A stretch of 64,000 nt of DNA from NCBI GenBank assembly GCA_023381415.1, contig JAMCUN010000009.1, positions 26,616 to 90,615 of the forward strand, in the 5' to 3' direction. Shown piece after piece: positions 19,207 through 28,613 of this stretch (positions are counted from its first letter, which is position 1; every line of letters starts with the position of its first letter). Source of the stretch: Thermoplasmatota archaeon. Lineage in GTDB: Archaea > Thermoplasmatota > Thermoplasmata > Thermoplasmatales > GCA-001856825. The translations under genes and the position numbers were made by a program. The notes under the pieces were generated by a model that made no database searches, was not told where the DNA came from, and saw only the letters and a program-made list of their open reading frames with translations.

Positions 19207-19839
19207 CAGGTCTGCCTTCACTATCTTCCCTTCCCTGTATACAGGAATTATATCCGTGATGTCCTGCTGTAGGCAGAATGAGATATCTGCTTCAAGCTTC
19301 TTGCCCCTCAGCAGGGACGCTCCGTTCCCGTTTCTCGCCCTCGTGATGTTTACTTCAATGTTAGATCCAGGCTCAAGCACCTTCTTGGTCAGGGCATAGG
19401 CGAACTCGTTGTCCTCCGTTGACACCCCATTCCTGAGGTTTGCGGGGAAGATGTGCACCTCCCTGTTCCTCAGGTATCTTGACAGGGAGGTGATGTTGAG
19501 GAATGAACCTATCAGTGTTCCTTCTCCAGCCCGGATTATCGCCCCTGTTCCGTTCGTTGTCTTGAGCACCACCTTCTTCCCCTCCAGATCCAGCCCCGAT
19601 GTTTCCACGGGAGAGTTGCCGTAATCGAACCCTTCTATGGGGTTCAGGTTCTCCTCTCCGAAAAGAATGTAGCCCTCCCTCTTCAGTAGAAGTGCCCTGT
19701 TCACCTCATCCACAGGCACTATTTCAGACGCCCCCCTCATGAGCATCGTGACTATGTTGGAGGTTGCCCTGAATATGTCTGCAACCACGGGAGTGCCGTA
19801 AACATGCCTTATGTACCTTCCATCCGTTATCCTTATCAT
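19198..19839 (-). CDS. comB: 2-phosphosulfolactate phosphatase (ComB)-family protein
   Basis: DIFRATS, GE, GFDYGNSP.E, TTNGT, GSFLN, ED. Confidence 0.85.
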   Translation of the reverse strand: MIRITDGRYIRHVYGTPVVADIFRATSNIVTMLMRGASEIVPVDEVNRALLLKREGYILFGEENLNPIEGFDYGNSPVETSGLDLEGKKVVLKTTNGTGAIIRAGEGTLIGSFLNITSLSRYLRNREVHIFPANLRNGVSTEDNEFAYALTKKVLEPGSNIEVNITRARNGNGASLLRGKKLEADISFCLQQDITDIIPVYREGKIVKADLSF

Positions 19840-20198
19840 GGGACCATTTCCAGGTTTATCTCGAAGCCTTCATTGTTGAACGCTTTCCAGGAGTATAAGT
19901 TGAACGGATACCCTACTATGATATGAATGTTCCCGAATTTTGAGTAAAGGTTCCTGTCCTCGTCGCTTGGGTAAGTGACGCCTGAGGGGTGGGAATGGAT
20001 CGTACCTACGTACCCGAGGTCCAGAGGCCTTGCCCATAGCTGCATTATTGCGCTTCTGTCCCCGGATATCGTGCCAGGCAGAAGTGCGATCTCATAGATC
20101 ACGTCCTTCTTCGCCTTGAGGAGGGCAGCGAACTCGTTGGGGAGAGAATCCTTGCTGCTCTCCATCACAAGCTCGATCACCCCCCTCCTGATCTTCAT
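19836..20198 (-). CDS. JAMM/MPN+ metalloprotease (Mov34)
   Basis: P.E....L...GTIHSHPSG...PS.ED JAMM motif. Confidence 0.9.
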   Translation of the reverse strand: MKIRRGVIELVMESSKDSLPNEFAALLKAKKDVIYEIALLPGTISGDRSAIMQLWARPLDLGYVGTIHSHPSGVTYPSDEDRNLYSKFGNIHIIVGYPFNLYSWKAFNNEGFEINLEMVP

Positions 20199-21001
20199 GT
20201 CATTTTCTCCCTAGTATTCCTGTAGAAATCTGAATTGAACCTTATGAACCTTGCAGGATGCTCGCTCTCCGTGAATGATATCTCGTCATGGAACCCCACT
20301 TCCAGCCCGTCCTGTCCGTCGAGGGTCAGCATTATGCTCTTCCCCTTGTCCAGGGCAACAACCCTTATCGTTGACTGCGAAGGGACGACCATGCTCCTCG
20401 CGCTGAGTGTGAACGGGGCCATGTAAGATATTATGAAACCCTTCACCTTCGGGTCAAGGATGGGACCTCCCACGCTCAGGGAGTAGGACGTGGACCCCGT
20501 TGGTGTGGCGATTATTATGCCATCTGCCCTTATGTTGTGGATGAAGTCGTCGTCGAGGTACATCCCGAACCATCTTATCTTCGACATTATCGTAGATTTC
20601 AGGACGGCCTCATTCAGTGAGTCGGGTAGCCTCTTCGAGTTGACTGTTGTCTTTATCCTTGCCCTCTCCTCAACCCTGAAATCTTTCTTAAGGAGCCTGT
20701 TCACATACCCAAGGGCGTTGCTAGCATCCACCTCAGAGAGGAAGGCAAGGCTGCTCACCTTTATTGGGAGGATAGGCAGGTCAGTTCGCTGGAGCGCCCA
20801 GAGAGCCGTGCCATCCCCTCCGACTGTGACCAGCGCATCTGCCCTTATCCTTTCAATCCTCTCCCCATCCACCTTCATATCCCTTGCAGTGCTCGATTCG
20901 ATCACAAAATCATGCCCGTTATCCTTCAGGTACCCCCCGAGAAACCTTATGAGCTCCAGGCACCTCGGGCACTCTGGCTTTGAGACAAAACCGAGTTTCA
21001 T
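20195..21001 (-). CDS. nadK: NAD kinase
   Basis: GGDGT, LNE, ADG.IIATPTGSTSYSLS.GGP, LDGQ. Confidence 0.93.
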   Translation of the reverse strand: MKLGFVSKPECPRCLELIRFLGGYLKDNGHDFVIESSTARDMKVDGERIERIRADALVTVGGDGTALWALQRTDLPILPIKVSSLAFLSEVDASNALGYVNRLLKKDFRVEERARIKTTVNSKRLPDSLNEAVLKSTIMSKIRWFGMYLDDDFIHNIRADGIIIATPTGSTSYSLSVGGPILDPKVKGFIISYMAPFTLSARSMVVPSQSTIRVVALDKGKSIMLTLDGQDGLEVGFHDEISFTESEHPARFIRFNSDFYRNTREKMT

Positions 21002-21192
21002 CCCCCTTCCCCCTGCACGTCTAGAAAGTCAATTTTAAGTATACTAATCATCGTTAGGTGGGCATACCCTCTAAATATTTAAGCCTGAAGAACGTAGATG
21101 CTGCAGCGAATGAAAGACCAATATTAACTTCCATATTCTTCGCTCAGGATGACCGAAATGCCTACATTCCTTGCATAACCCATTTCCAGGGT

Positions 21193-22032
21193 TCAGATGC
21201 TGTCCTTCACATCTTCGTACGACTCGACGTATTGAAGCCTTATACCCTTAAGGGCTCCCGTCTTCTCGAAGTAGCGTACCAGGAATGGCTTGACCAGGAA
21301 AGAAGGAAATATCGCAGTTGAATCAACAGCGCCATTCCTGCGGTGCTCAAAGTATCCCACTATCGGTATCTGATCCCGTATGAGCGTCATGAGGAATGGC
21401 ATTATGGGGGTACTGGAAATATCCACCCTCTTCACCTCCCCCTTACCATCCCTTCCATAGGATACTGCAGCGTAAGGTTCAGCAATTCCCTTCCATTCTA
21501 TCACGTCGTCCATTCCAGAATCATTCCCATACGAGAATCTTGCCACCGACATCCTTGCCCTTCCCTCCATCTCTCCGAGCTTCGATATCAGCCCCGCCGA
21601 TTTCCCGAGATAGGATATTCTTACGTCTGCGTTTATGGACGCAATTACCTTCACTAGGCCCTCGACCTTCTGTAGATCTGAATTGTGGAACCTGAAATCC
21701 GTCATCACCCTGTTCTCCTGCGTGTAAAGCCCGCCCAGGACGAACGTGGGGATTGAAGAAATTGTCCTGCGAATCTTGTCCAGTTCAGGCCACTCTATCC
21801 TCTGTGCGATCAGCACATAACCGCCGTATATAATTGGGTTATAATATTTGTAAAAGTCATAGTCAGTCCCCATCTTCCTATCCACGAAGAAATCGAAATA
21901 CATTGATCCCTCGTGCACATGAAGGTCCATAGGCACCTGGCTCCTCCCTTCCGGGAATGGTGGTCCTGGATCTTGGATCGGAGATGAAAAGTAGAGAGAC
22001 ATATCCAGCTTTCGATCCAGAATGTCCAACAT
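21193..22032 (-). CDS. hypothetical soluble protein
   Basis: Long ORF with coding-like composition; start placed at ATG 22032 below a TTTATATA box. Confidence 0.7.
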   Translation of the reverse strand: MLDILDRKLDMSLYFSSPIQDPGPPFPEGRSQVPMDLHVHEGSMYFDFFVDRKMGTDYDFYKYYNPIIYGGYVLIAQRIEWPELDKIRRTISSIPTFVLGGLYTQENRVMTDFRFHNSDLQKVEGLVKVIASINADVRISYLGKSAGLISKLGEMEGRARMSVARFSYGNDSGMDDVIEWKGIAEPYAAVSYGRDGKGEVKRVDISSTPIMPFLMTLIRDQIPIVGYFEHRRNGAVDSTAIFPSFLVKPFLVRYFEKTGALKGIRLQYVESYEDVKDSI

Positions 22033-22226
22033 AATGAAGTAACTGCTTCTTATATAAATAACATGGCGGTTGGAACCCGACAGGATCACATCCCAACGCC
22101 CAAGATCCCCGTGTCGGTTGATTTTTCACCCTTAGAACGGGTGTAAGGGTACCCTTCCAGTGGAAGGGCGTTGACATATGTGGGAAAGCATAAAATAATA
22201 ACTTGATGTCGCATCCATAGAAGTCG

Positions 22227-24338
22227 ATGAAGCTGGGGAGGAAGGATATCGCAATAATCACAGGAATAATCGTAGCCGGCGTAGCCATAAGGCTCCTTCC
22301 CAATATACTTAATTACGCATGGGGAAACGATTACGGCATATACTACTACCTCAGCGAAGCATTCCTCAGCGGAAACGCGCTAGCCTATCCGCCATCCTCC
22401 CCCTGGGGAACGGACGGATACCAGTACTTCCCAGTGACTTACCTGATAGTTGACATGGTTCACTATCTGACAGGTATACCTATTGCGGAATCCCTGGACT
22501 ATTCGATACCGTTCCTGGGCGGCCTCACCCCTTTCCTCGTGTACCTAATATCAAGGGAGATAGGGTTTGATAGAGCGATATCCGCCCTTGCAGGATTCTT
22601 GCTTGTAGTCAGCCCGGTGCAGCTGTACCAGACATCACAGCCCAACTACCTTACCACTGGGCATTTTTTCCTGCTACTTTCCATGCTGTTTTTCCTGGCC
22701 TACCACAGGAAGAGGATATTTGCCGTTCCCATGTCCGTTTCAATAGTCCTCCTTGTCCTCTCCCACCAGCTATCAACATACTTCTTCCTCATATCCATCA
22801 TAGGCATGGTATTCTCTGTAAACCTGCTCAGCACCAAGTGGAAGGAACGCCTGATCTCCGACATGCTGATAATAGAGCTTACAGGCACACTGATGATCGC
22901 ATATCTGCTTCTGAGGGTCCCGGACATGGTTGCATTCTTCTCAAATGCAGTCCACGGGCTTGGATATGGGGCCGTCATAGGCCTCTTCTATGCACTTGTC
23001 CTGGGGATGTTCTTCATCCTTAGAATGGTGAATCCGGAAAGGATCAAGACCCGGGCTGTCAAGGTCGTCGAGATGCTTAAGCTTGAGATAGCACCAAAGA
23101 GGGACCTCTTCCTTGTTTTTGTATCGTCGGTAACACTTGTCCTTCTCTTCTTCCTGCTGAGGGAGATGGGATTCATACCGCCCTACATCAGCTACGTTGC
23201 GATATTCATATCCCTTCCTTTCATAATTTTCATATCCGTTTCCGTGGTTGGAATAAAGTATTTCCTGATTGAAAACAACATAGCAGAAACGCTAGGATGG
23301 TCTATGGCGATTATCCTCTCCCTGCTTTACAGCTTCCTGACAAAGAACACCGTTCTCCTCCCAGCAAGGAACATTGAATATCTTTCAGAACCGTTCTGCA
23401 TCATCAGCGGCTATGTGCTGATAAAATGGTACCATTACTTCAGGACAAACAGGAAGGGCTCCGGAGTGAAGGTAAAGCAGATGTACTCCGAAGTGAGGCA
23501 TGTGGCTACTCCCATAGTCATGAACGGTCCCGTGGGTGCAACCATCGTGACCGTACAGAGGAGCGCAACAGTCAGGAATGTAAGGAACCTGACGTATTCG
23601 GCGAGGAGGCCAGTGGAGAACATTGTCGTCATTGCTGCAGTTTCACTTGTACTGATGATGGGAGTGGCAAGCTACCCTATGGTCAACGACTTTGTGCCAT
23701 CCCACAACGAGGCGATCACAGTGGAGGACAACTCCACAATCCAGTACCTGATACAGACAGGAAACAGGAGCCTGTCAGTTGCTACTGACCACCAGATAGG
23801 GATCCTCCTTTATTCCTACGGATTCAGTTCACCATTCAACAACATCTCCATCCTCTGGAACTCCACCACATGGACAAGCGCTATTTGGGAAATAACGGGA
23901 GAGAACGGCTCCTACTCCCCAGTAGGATACGTTTTCCTGAACAGCTACATGCTAAGGTATGGCGTATGGGGGTTCAACAGCAGCCTCAACCCTAACCAGG
24001 CACCGATCATGGTCAACAGCTCCTCCTTCTCCAAATTCTTCGTGCAGCCCTTCCAGCTCGTATACGAGAACAGTTCAACCGCCGACAACAGCACAACATA
24101 CCTTTTCGCCGTGAACTGGACATATCTCGGTGAAAAGGGGTACAGCCTTTCTTTCTATGAAGGGCTCTACGAGAACAGGACTTCAGGAGATTCCGTTACC
24201 CAACCTTCTCCCACTTCTCCAGCTTCTGAACAGATGAGAGCGTACTCCCCCTCCTTATCTCCTCCCTCACCCTGTTCTCCCTCTCAGCCACGTCAACAGC
24301 CCTGTTTGCAATCTCCTGCGCGTTCTCCTCGGGTATGA
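22227..24338 (+). CDS. large polytopic membrane protein, GT-C-fold glycosyltransferase-like
   Basis: TM1 then WGND...Y loop, Y..FP, H.LS, many TMs, and a C-terminal sequon-rich extracellular domain. Confidence 0.6.
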   Translation: MKLGRKDIAIITGIIVAGVAIRLLPNILNYAWGNDYGIYYYLSEAFLSGNALAYPPSSPWGTDGYQYFPVTYLIVDMVHYLTGIPIAESLDYSIPFLGGLTPFLVYLISREIGFDRAISALAGFLLVVSPVQLYQTSQPNYLTTGHFFLLLSMLFFLAYHRKRIFAVPMSVSIVLLVLSHQLSTYFFLISIIGMVFSVNLLSTKWKERLISDMLIIELTGTLMIAYLLLRVPDMVAFFSNAVHGLGYGAVIGLFYALVLGMFFILRMVNPERIKTRAVKVVEMLKLEIAPKRDLFLVFVSSVTLVLLFFLLREMGFIPPYISYVAIFISLPFIIFISVSVVGIKYFLIENNIAETLGWSMAIILSLLYSFLTKNTVLLPARNIEYLSEPFCIISGYVLIKWYHYFRTNRKGSGVKVKQMYSEVRHVATPIVMNGPVGATIVTVQRSATVRNVRNLTYSARRPVENIVVIAAVSLVLMMGVASYPMVNDFVPSHNEAITVEDNSTIQYLIQTGNRSLSVATDHQIGILLYSYGFSSPFNNISILWNSTTWTSAIWEITGENGSYSPVGYVFLNSYMLRYGVWGFNSSLNPNQAPIMVNSSSFSKFFVQPFQLVYENSSTADNSTTYLFAVNWTYLGEKGYSLSFYEGLYENRTSGDSVTQPSPTSPASEQMRAYSPSLSPPSPCSPSQPRQQPCLQSPARSPRV

Positions 24339-25488
24339 CGACAACGCCGGATGAATCTGCTATGATATAATCTCCAGTTCTGATCTTCTTCCCGTTGATC
24401 TCGATCTCGCTCCCTATCTCTCCGAAGCCCTTTGGGTCGCCTGCATTTGATGAAACGTATCTGGTGAATGCTGGGAAGGGTATCTTCATTATGTCGTCCA
24501 TGTCCCTTATCGCCCCCCATATCACCACCCCTTTGACCTTCTTCGTGACACAGCTCCAGGATGCGAGTTCTCCCCATACGGCATCCTCCCCTCCGTCAGC
24601 GTCTATGACCAGTATATCCCCTTCCTTCGCCCTATCTATCGCTTCAACAGGCTTTGCCCAGTCACCGTTCACAGTTTTGACAGTGAGTGCCCTCCCAGCT
24701 ATCCTCGTGCCTGGCAGGACCCTCGGTATGAGACCGTGAATCGCCCCCTCCCTGTGCATCGCATCTGAAACGTTGGATGAAGAGACCTTCGAGAGCGCCT
24801 CTAAGATCTCGTCCTTCGAATACTTCCTGTACATACTGCCATGTTCTGCTATGCCGGTGGAAATCACCCTCTTTATTGCTTCCGTTTCCTGAGTGACGTT
24901 TGGTGCCTTTGTGATCGCCCCTCCAACTATTATTACAGAAGCCCCCCTCTTAACTACCTCTGGAATAGACTCCTTGTTCAGCCCTCCTGCGACTGCGACG
25001 GGTATCTTCGTTGCAGAAACAACCCTCTCGAGTATCTTCAGCGGGTCCTTCCCAATCATCTGCATGTCTATCCCAACGTGTTCGCAGAAATATTTCACTC
25101 CGAGTTTCTCAAGCTGCTTAACCCGCTCCTCCACGTTCTCAACCTGAAGGAGGTCGATCATTATCTCAGCACCGTACTTCTTTCCCGCCTTGACTGCCTC
25201 TGTGATCGTCGGATCGTCGCTTATCCCTAGTATAGTTACTATCTGGGCGCCGCTCTTTGCCGCCAGTTCGGTTTCAAATCCCCCGACATCTGCTGTCTTC
25301 ATGTCGGCGACGACTATCTTGTTGGGGAAGTTCCTCTTTATCTCCCTTATAGCCTGCATCCCTTCGCTCTTTATGAGAGGTGTGCCGACCTCTATCCAGT
25401 CAGCTCCCCCTTCGACAGCCTCCTTTGCAACCTGAAGGGCCCTGTGAAGATTCTCAAAATCCAGTGCGACCTGTAAAACCGGTTCCAT
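24196..25488 (-). CDS. hxlA: 3-hexulose-6-phosphate synthase fused to an RraA/MenG-like domain
   Basis: LQVALD, IEVGTPLIK.EG, ADMKT.D.G, HVGIDMQ, VAGG; C-terminal VSDAM, GRA.TV, AVWGEL, GAIRD, GD.I.AD..G. Confidence 0.9.
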   Translation of the reverse strand: MEPVLQVALDFENLHRALQVAKEAVEGGADWIEVGTPLIKSEGMQAIREIKRNFPNKIVVADMKTADVGGFETELAAKSGAQIVTILGISDDPTITEAVKAGKKYGAEIMIDLLQVENVEERVKQLEKLGVKYFCEHVGIDMQMIGKDPLKILERVVSATKIPVAVAGGLNKESIPEVVKRGASVIIVGGAITKAPNVTQETEAIKRVISTGIAEHGSMYRKYSKDEILEALSKVSSSNVSDAMHREGAIHGLIPRVLPGTRIAGRALTVKTVNGDWAKPVEAIDRAKEGDILVIDADGGEDAVWGELASWSCVTKKVKGVVIWGAIRDMDDIMKIPFPAFTRYVSSNAGDPKGFGEIGSEIEINGKKIRTGDYIIADSSGVVVIPEENAQEIANRAVDVAERENRVREEIRRGSTLSSVQKLEKWEKVG

Positions 25489-25658
25489 GTTATCGCATCT
25501 TTACATTGAAACTGACTACTTTAAGTTATACGAGATCGTTAAGGATGCTGTTTATCTGGAAGGAACATTATCATTCCTGGATGTCAACCCAATCCAAAAG
25601 AATTGGAAGGAGGGAGGGTGTTTAGATTTTGCTTCATCCTTTAACAATTCCTAGCCCT

Positions 25659-26459
25659 TTACTTTTTTGAGGACCTCCTTATTTCCTCTATCCTCTTCTT
25701 CAGCTTCGTATCTGATTCTGAAGCGATGCCAACAAGGTCTGCCCTGGCAGCTTTCACGATTGCGTTGGAATACGCCCTTGATATCTTCCCTGAATTGTTC
25801 CTGGACGCCTTGTATATGTCTGGTATCTCATAGATTATACCGTGCTTTGGCGGTGTCCCCCTCCCCTTCCTGAACCTGAAGAATGCCTTCTCCGCCCCTA
25901 TTATCTGGACAGTGCTTGATGAGCTGAGCGCCAGATTCCTTACACCCCCGAATGACTTGATTAGCCGTGCGGCTACCTTGTATCCTACCACATTCCTCAG
26001 GTTTGGTGCGCTCCTTCCGACATACTCGTCAAGCGTCTTCTCAAGTTCCCTCACGTACTCCCTCACCTGCTTCAGCATGCCCGACAGCTTATCTGAGAAC
26101 TCCCCCCGGGCTGAAGTCGCATACCTCATGAATATTCTCGTCTCCTCAGCCTTCTGCTCCAGGAAATTCTCAAACTTCTCCATCTCGTCGAGTGTTGAGA
26201 TGATCTTTTCTATCAACTGATCCTCTGTAAGCTTGGTTGAAAGCAATTTCCTGTTCAGCTCCTCCAGAGTTTCCCTCAATAGGCTGGAATCTATTGCCTT
26301 CTTCCTGAACGCTGGCGAAAGCAAGACTGTCTCTCCGTTGAAATTTGACTTCCCGTTCCGGAGTATGTCAAGGTAAATTGTCGTGAATTCCTCCTTTGTC
26401 AGGGAATATTCCTTGCCTTCACCATTGATAGCGTTGACTGAAATCAGATAAAGCATCAT
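25659..26459 (-). CDS. nop5: C/D box sRNP protein Nop5
   Basis: APNL..VVG..VAARLI..GG, STVQIIGAEKAFF, PPKHGIIY, GKISR, AARAD; start placed at ATG 26459. Confidence 0.9.
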   Translation of the reverse strand: MMLYLISVNAINGEGKEYSLTKEEFTTIYLDILRNGKSNFNGETVLLSPAFRKKAIDSSLLRETLEELNRKLLSTKLTEDQLIEKIISTLDEMEKFENFLEQKAEETRIFMRYATSARGEFSDKLSGMLKQVREYVRELEKTLDEYVGRSAPNLRNVVGYKVAARLIKSFGGVRNLALSSSSTVQIIGAEKAFFRFRKGRGTPPKHGIIYEIPDIYKASRNNSGKISRAYSNAIVKAARADLVGIASESDTKLKKRIEEIRRSSKK

Positions 26460-26620
26460 CCATTGAAAAATCGGTAAGATAAAAACATTGGCGACTTTTC
26501 CCTCGTTTTCCAGTTGGTCCGAAAGGAAGCATCTATCGCCCCAAAGCATGACACCGATCTTGGAGCAAGTCGGCCTCATAATTCTCATATACAGGGAAAG
26601 GGATGGGATGATCGGGAAAG

Positions 26621-27400
26621 TTGAGGCGACCTTCATATTTGCCAGTGATAATCGCCCTAGCGGTAGGGATGTTGCTTGTCTCATCCTCATTTGTTCTATA
26701 TTCCCAATCGATGATGAAGCAGGGTGGGAGTGCGAGGGGAGACTCGATTCTAGTACCCCTTTACTCAGGGAATGCATCCCAGTTCGAGGAGGTCATTGGC
26801 ATCCGGGAAAGGTACGGAAACGTTCACGTCTTCGTCATAATAAACCCTGACAATGGTCCAGGGAATGCATCAGATCCGTCGCTGTACGGATGGGTTGACA
26901 GATCAGAGGTTTCGGGCATCACAGTCCTCGGGTACGTTTACACAGACTACGGTCAGAGAGCCACTGGAAGCATCCTGGAGGACATTCACAATTACACAAA
27001 ATGGTACAACATTCATGCCATATTTTTCGACGAAGTATCTGACAACGTTTCCCTTGAGCCATTCTATTCGAACCTCGTTGCTCAGAGCAGGCTTGTGGGG
27101 GTAAACTTCACCATAGGCAACCCGGGGGACTTCGTTCCTGGAGGCTACTTATCTATCTTCAACATCACAGTAATATACGAAAACCAGGGCTACCCTTCCC
27201 TGTCAGCACTGAGGACATACGGGCAGAACGAATCAAAGGGGAGACTGGCAGTCATAGCCTACGGTGTCCCCTTCTCTGCCTCGGAGATAGTGAGGATAGG
27301 GGAGATAGCCGGAGTGGACTATTTCAGCGACCAGTCACTTCCCGACCCTTACCAGAAGCTTTCATCATACATTCAGGAAATCGCATCTGCTTTCAACTGA
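26621..27400 (+). CDS. spherulation-specific family 4 (GH135-like) glycoside hydrolase, membrane-anchored
   Basis: N-terminal TM; VPLY, IINPDNGPG, VLGYV.T.YG.R, IFFDEV, GNPG, V.YE. Confidence 0.85.
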   Translation: MRRPSYLPVIIALAVGMLLVSSSFVLYSQSMMKQGGSARGDSILVPLYSGNASQFEEVIGIRERYGNVHVFVIINPDNGPGNASDPSLYGWVDRSEVSGITVLGYVYTDYGQRATGSILEDIHNYTKWYNIHAIFFDEVSDNVSLEPFYSNLVAQSRLVGVNFTIGNPGDFVPGGYLSIFNITVIYENQGYPSLSALRTYGQNESKGRLAVIAYGVPFSASEIVRIGEIAGVDYFSDQSLPDPYQKLSSYIQEIASAFN

Positions 27401-27452
27401 ACAGGCTCTTCCACCCTCTCCAAATATATATAACAAATGAGAATGTGGAAGG

Positions 27453-27905
27453 GTGAAAGGGACAGATTTTGATTCTCTTTACAAGAGGTTCAGCAGTGAA
27501 CTTAAGGATCAGACCGGGGATATTGCTTCATTCGTGGTGAACTTCCTTAACAGTAACGTTCCCCACTACAACTGGGTTGGAATCTACGTGATAGAGGGGG
27601 ATGATCTAGTTCTGCGCGCATATTCAGGCCCGAAGGAAACAGAACATACAAGGATAAAGGTAGGGGACGGGATATGCGGACTCGCTGCAAAGGAGGAACT
27701 TACAGTCGTCGTTCCTGATGTCTCGAAGGATTCCAGGTACATAGCCTGCTTTCCAGAAACAAAGTCAGAGATCGTGGCACCCATTTTCAAGGACGGGAAG
27801 GTGACAGGGGAAATTGACATAGACAGCGATTACGTAGACCCATTCTCCAATCAGGACAAACATTTCCTCGACAGAATAATAAACTTAATAGGGAGAAGGA
27901 TATAA
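27453..27905 (+). CDS. msrC: GAF-fold free methionine-(R)-sulfoxide reductase
   Basis: YNWVGIY, RI..G.GICG.AA, VPDV..D.RYIAC...TKSEIV.P, GEIDIDS. Confidence 0.85.
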   Translation: MKGTDFDSLYKRFSSELKDQTGDIASFVVNFLNSNVPHYNWVGIYVIEGDDLVLRAYSGPKETEHTRIKVGDGICGLAAKEELTVVVPDVSKDSRYIACFPETKSEIVAPIFKDGKVTGEIDIDSDYVDPFSNQDKHFLDRIINLIGRRI

Positions 27906-27963
27906 CTGAAACGAGAGATTTGTGACAGTTTCAAGTATGATGAAGTACTCATCAGGTGGTTCA

Positions 27964-28155
27964 ATGTCGGATAAGAAATATTCCAAGTACGAGAAAGCCA
28001 GGATAGTTGGCGCAAGAGCCCTTCAGATTTCTATGGGGGCACCTATCATCATTGAGATTCCAAAGGAAGTAGTGGATCCACTCAGAATTGCCCTCCTGGA
28101 ATTCGAGAACGGGGCTATTCCAATGACTGTTAAAAGGAAAAAGAAGGCTAAGTAG
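27964..28155 (+). CDS. rpoK: RNA polymerase subunit K (Rpo6)
   Basis: [36 protein letters not shown]. Confidence 0.95.
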   Translation: MSDKKYSKYEKARIVGARALQISMGAPIIIEIPKEVVDPLRIALLEFENGAIPMTVKRKKKAK

Positions 28156-28162
28156 GTAGATC

Positions 28163-28546
28163 ATGAAGAACTGGAGCGGGCACATAATATTCCCACAGAA
28201 TTTCGAATGGAAGCAGCTTGAGAAGAGCTTCAGGGGAATGATGGAACTGTTCTTCAAGGAAACGAACGAAATGGAGGATGAGCCTGATCACAGGGATGTG
28301 ATAATTATGCTCAACATGCAGGACATCAAGAAGAACAGGAAACCTGAGGGATATACGAGAGAAGGGAAACTGAGGATGATCTTCCCCCTTGGAAAGAAGG
28401 AGATATCGATACTTGCTCCCCTTCCGGAGACTTATGTCAGGGATGTCACGGAGGATATCAGCAAATACCTGATATCCAAGAAGATCAGGCACGTCCTGGA
28501 ATTTGACCAGATGAAGTATACTGCCTACAGGAAGAAGAGGAAGTAG
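28163..28546 (+). CDS. hypothetical protein
   Basis: 127-aa ORF 7 nt after rpoK, with an AGGTAG SD-like sequence. Confidence 0.7.
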   Translation: MKNWSGHIIFPQNFEWKQLEKSFRGMMELFFKETNEMEDEPDHRDVIIMLNMQDIKKNRKPEGYTREGKLRMIFPLGKKEISILAPLPETYVRDVTEDISKYLISKKIRHVLEFDQMKYTAYRKKRK

Positions 28547-28613
28547 GCCTGCAGTTGATGCTTCTTCATTTTAATGCAACTTGCTTCTAAATGACCAGGT
28601 AAGGGAGAACTGG

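Noticed and set aside
26516..26531. GGTCCGAAAGGAAGCA, resembling SRP RNA helix 8
   Set aside because: The conserved CAGG is absent, and the ~160-nt spacer is too short and unstructured for a ~300-nt archaeal SRP RNA; an Rfam search would settle it
26460..26777. N-terminal extension of Nop5 in the ORF track
   Set aside because: Overlaps the divergent GH135 gene and promoters; the Nop5-like sequence starts at 26459
27936..27953. ATGATGA box C-like sequence and hairpin before rpoK
   Set aside because: No downstream CTGA box D at sRNA spacing; the stem is only 6 bp
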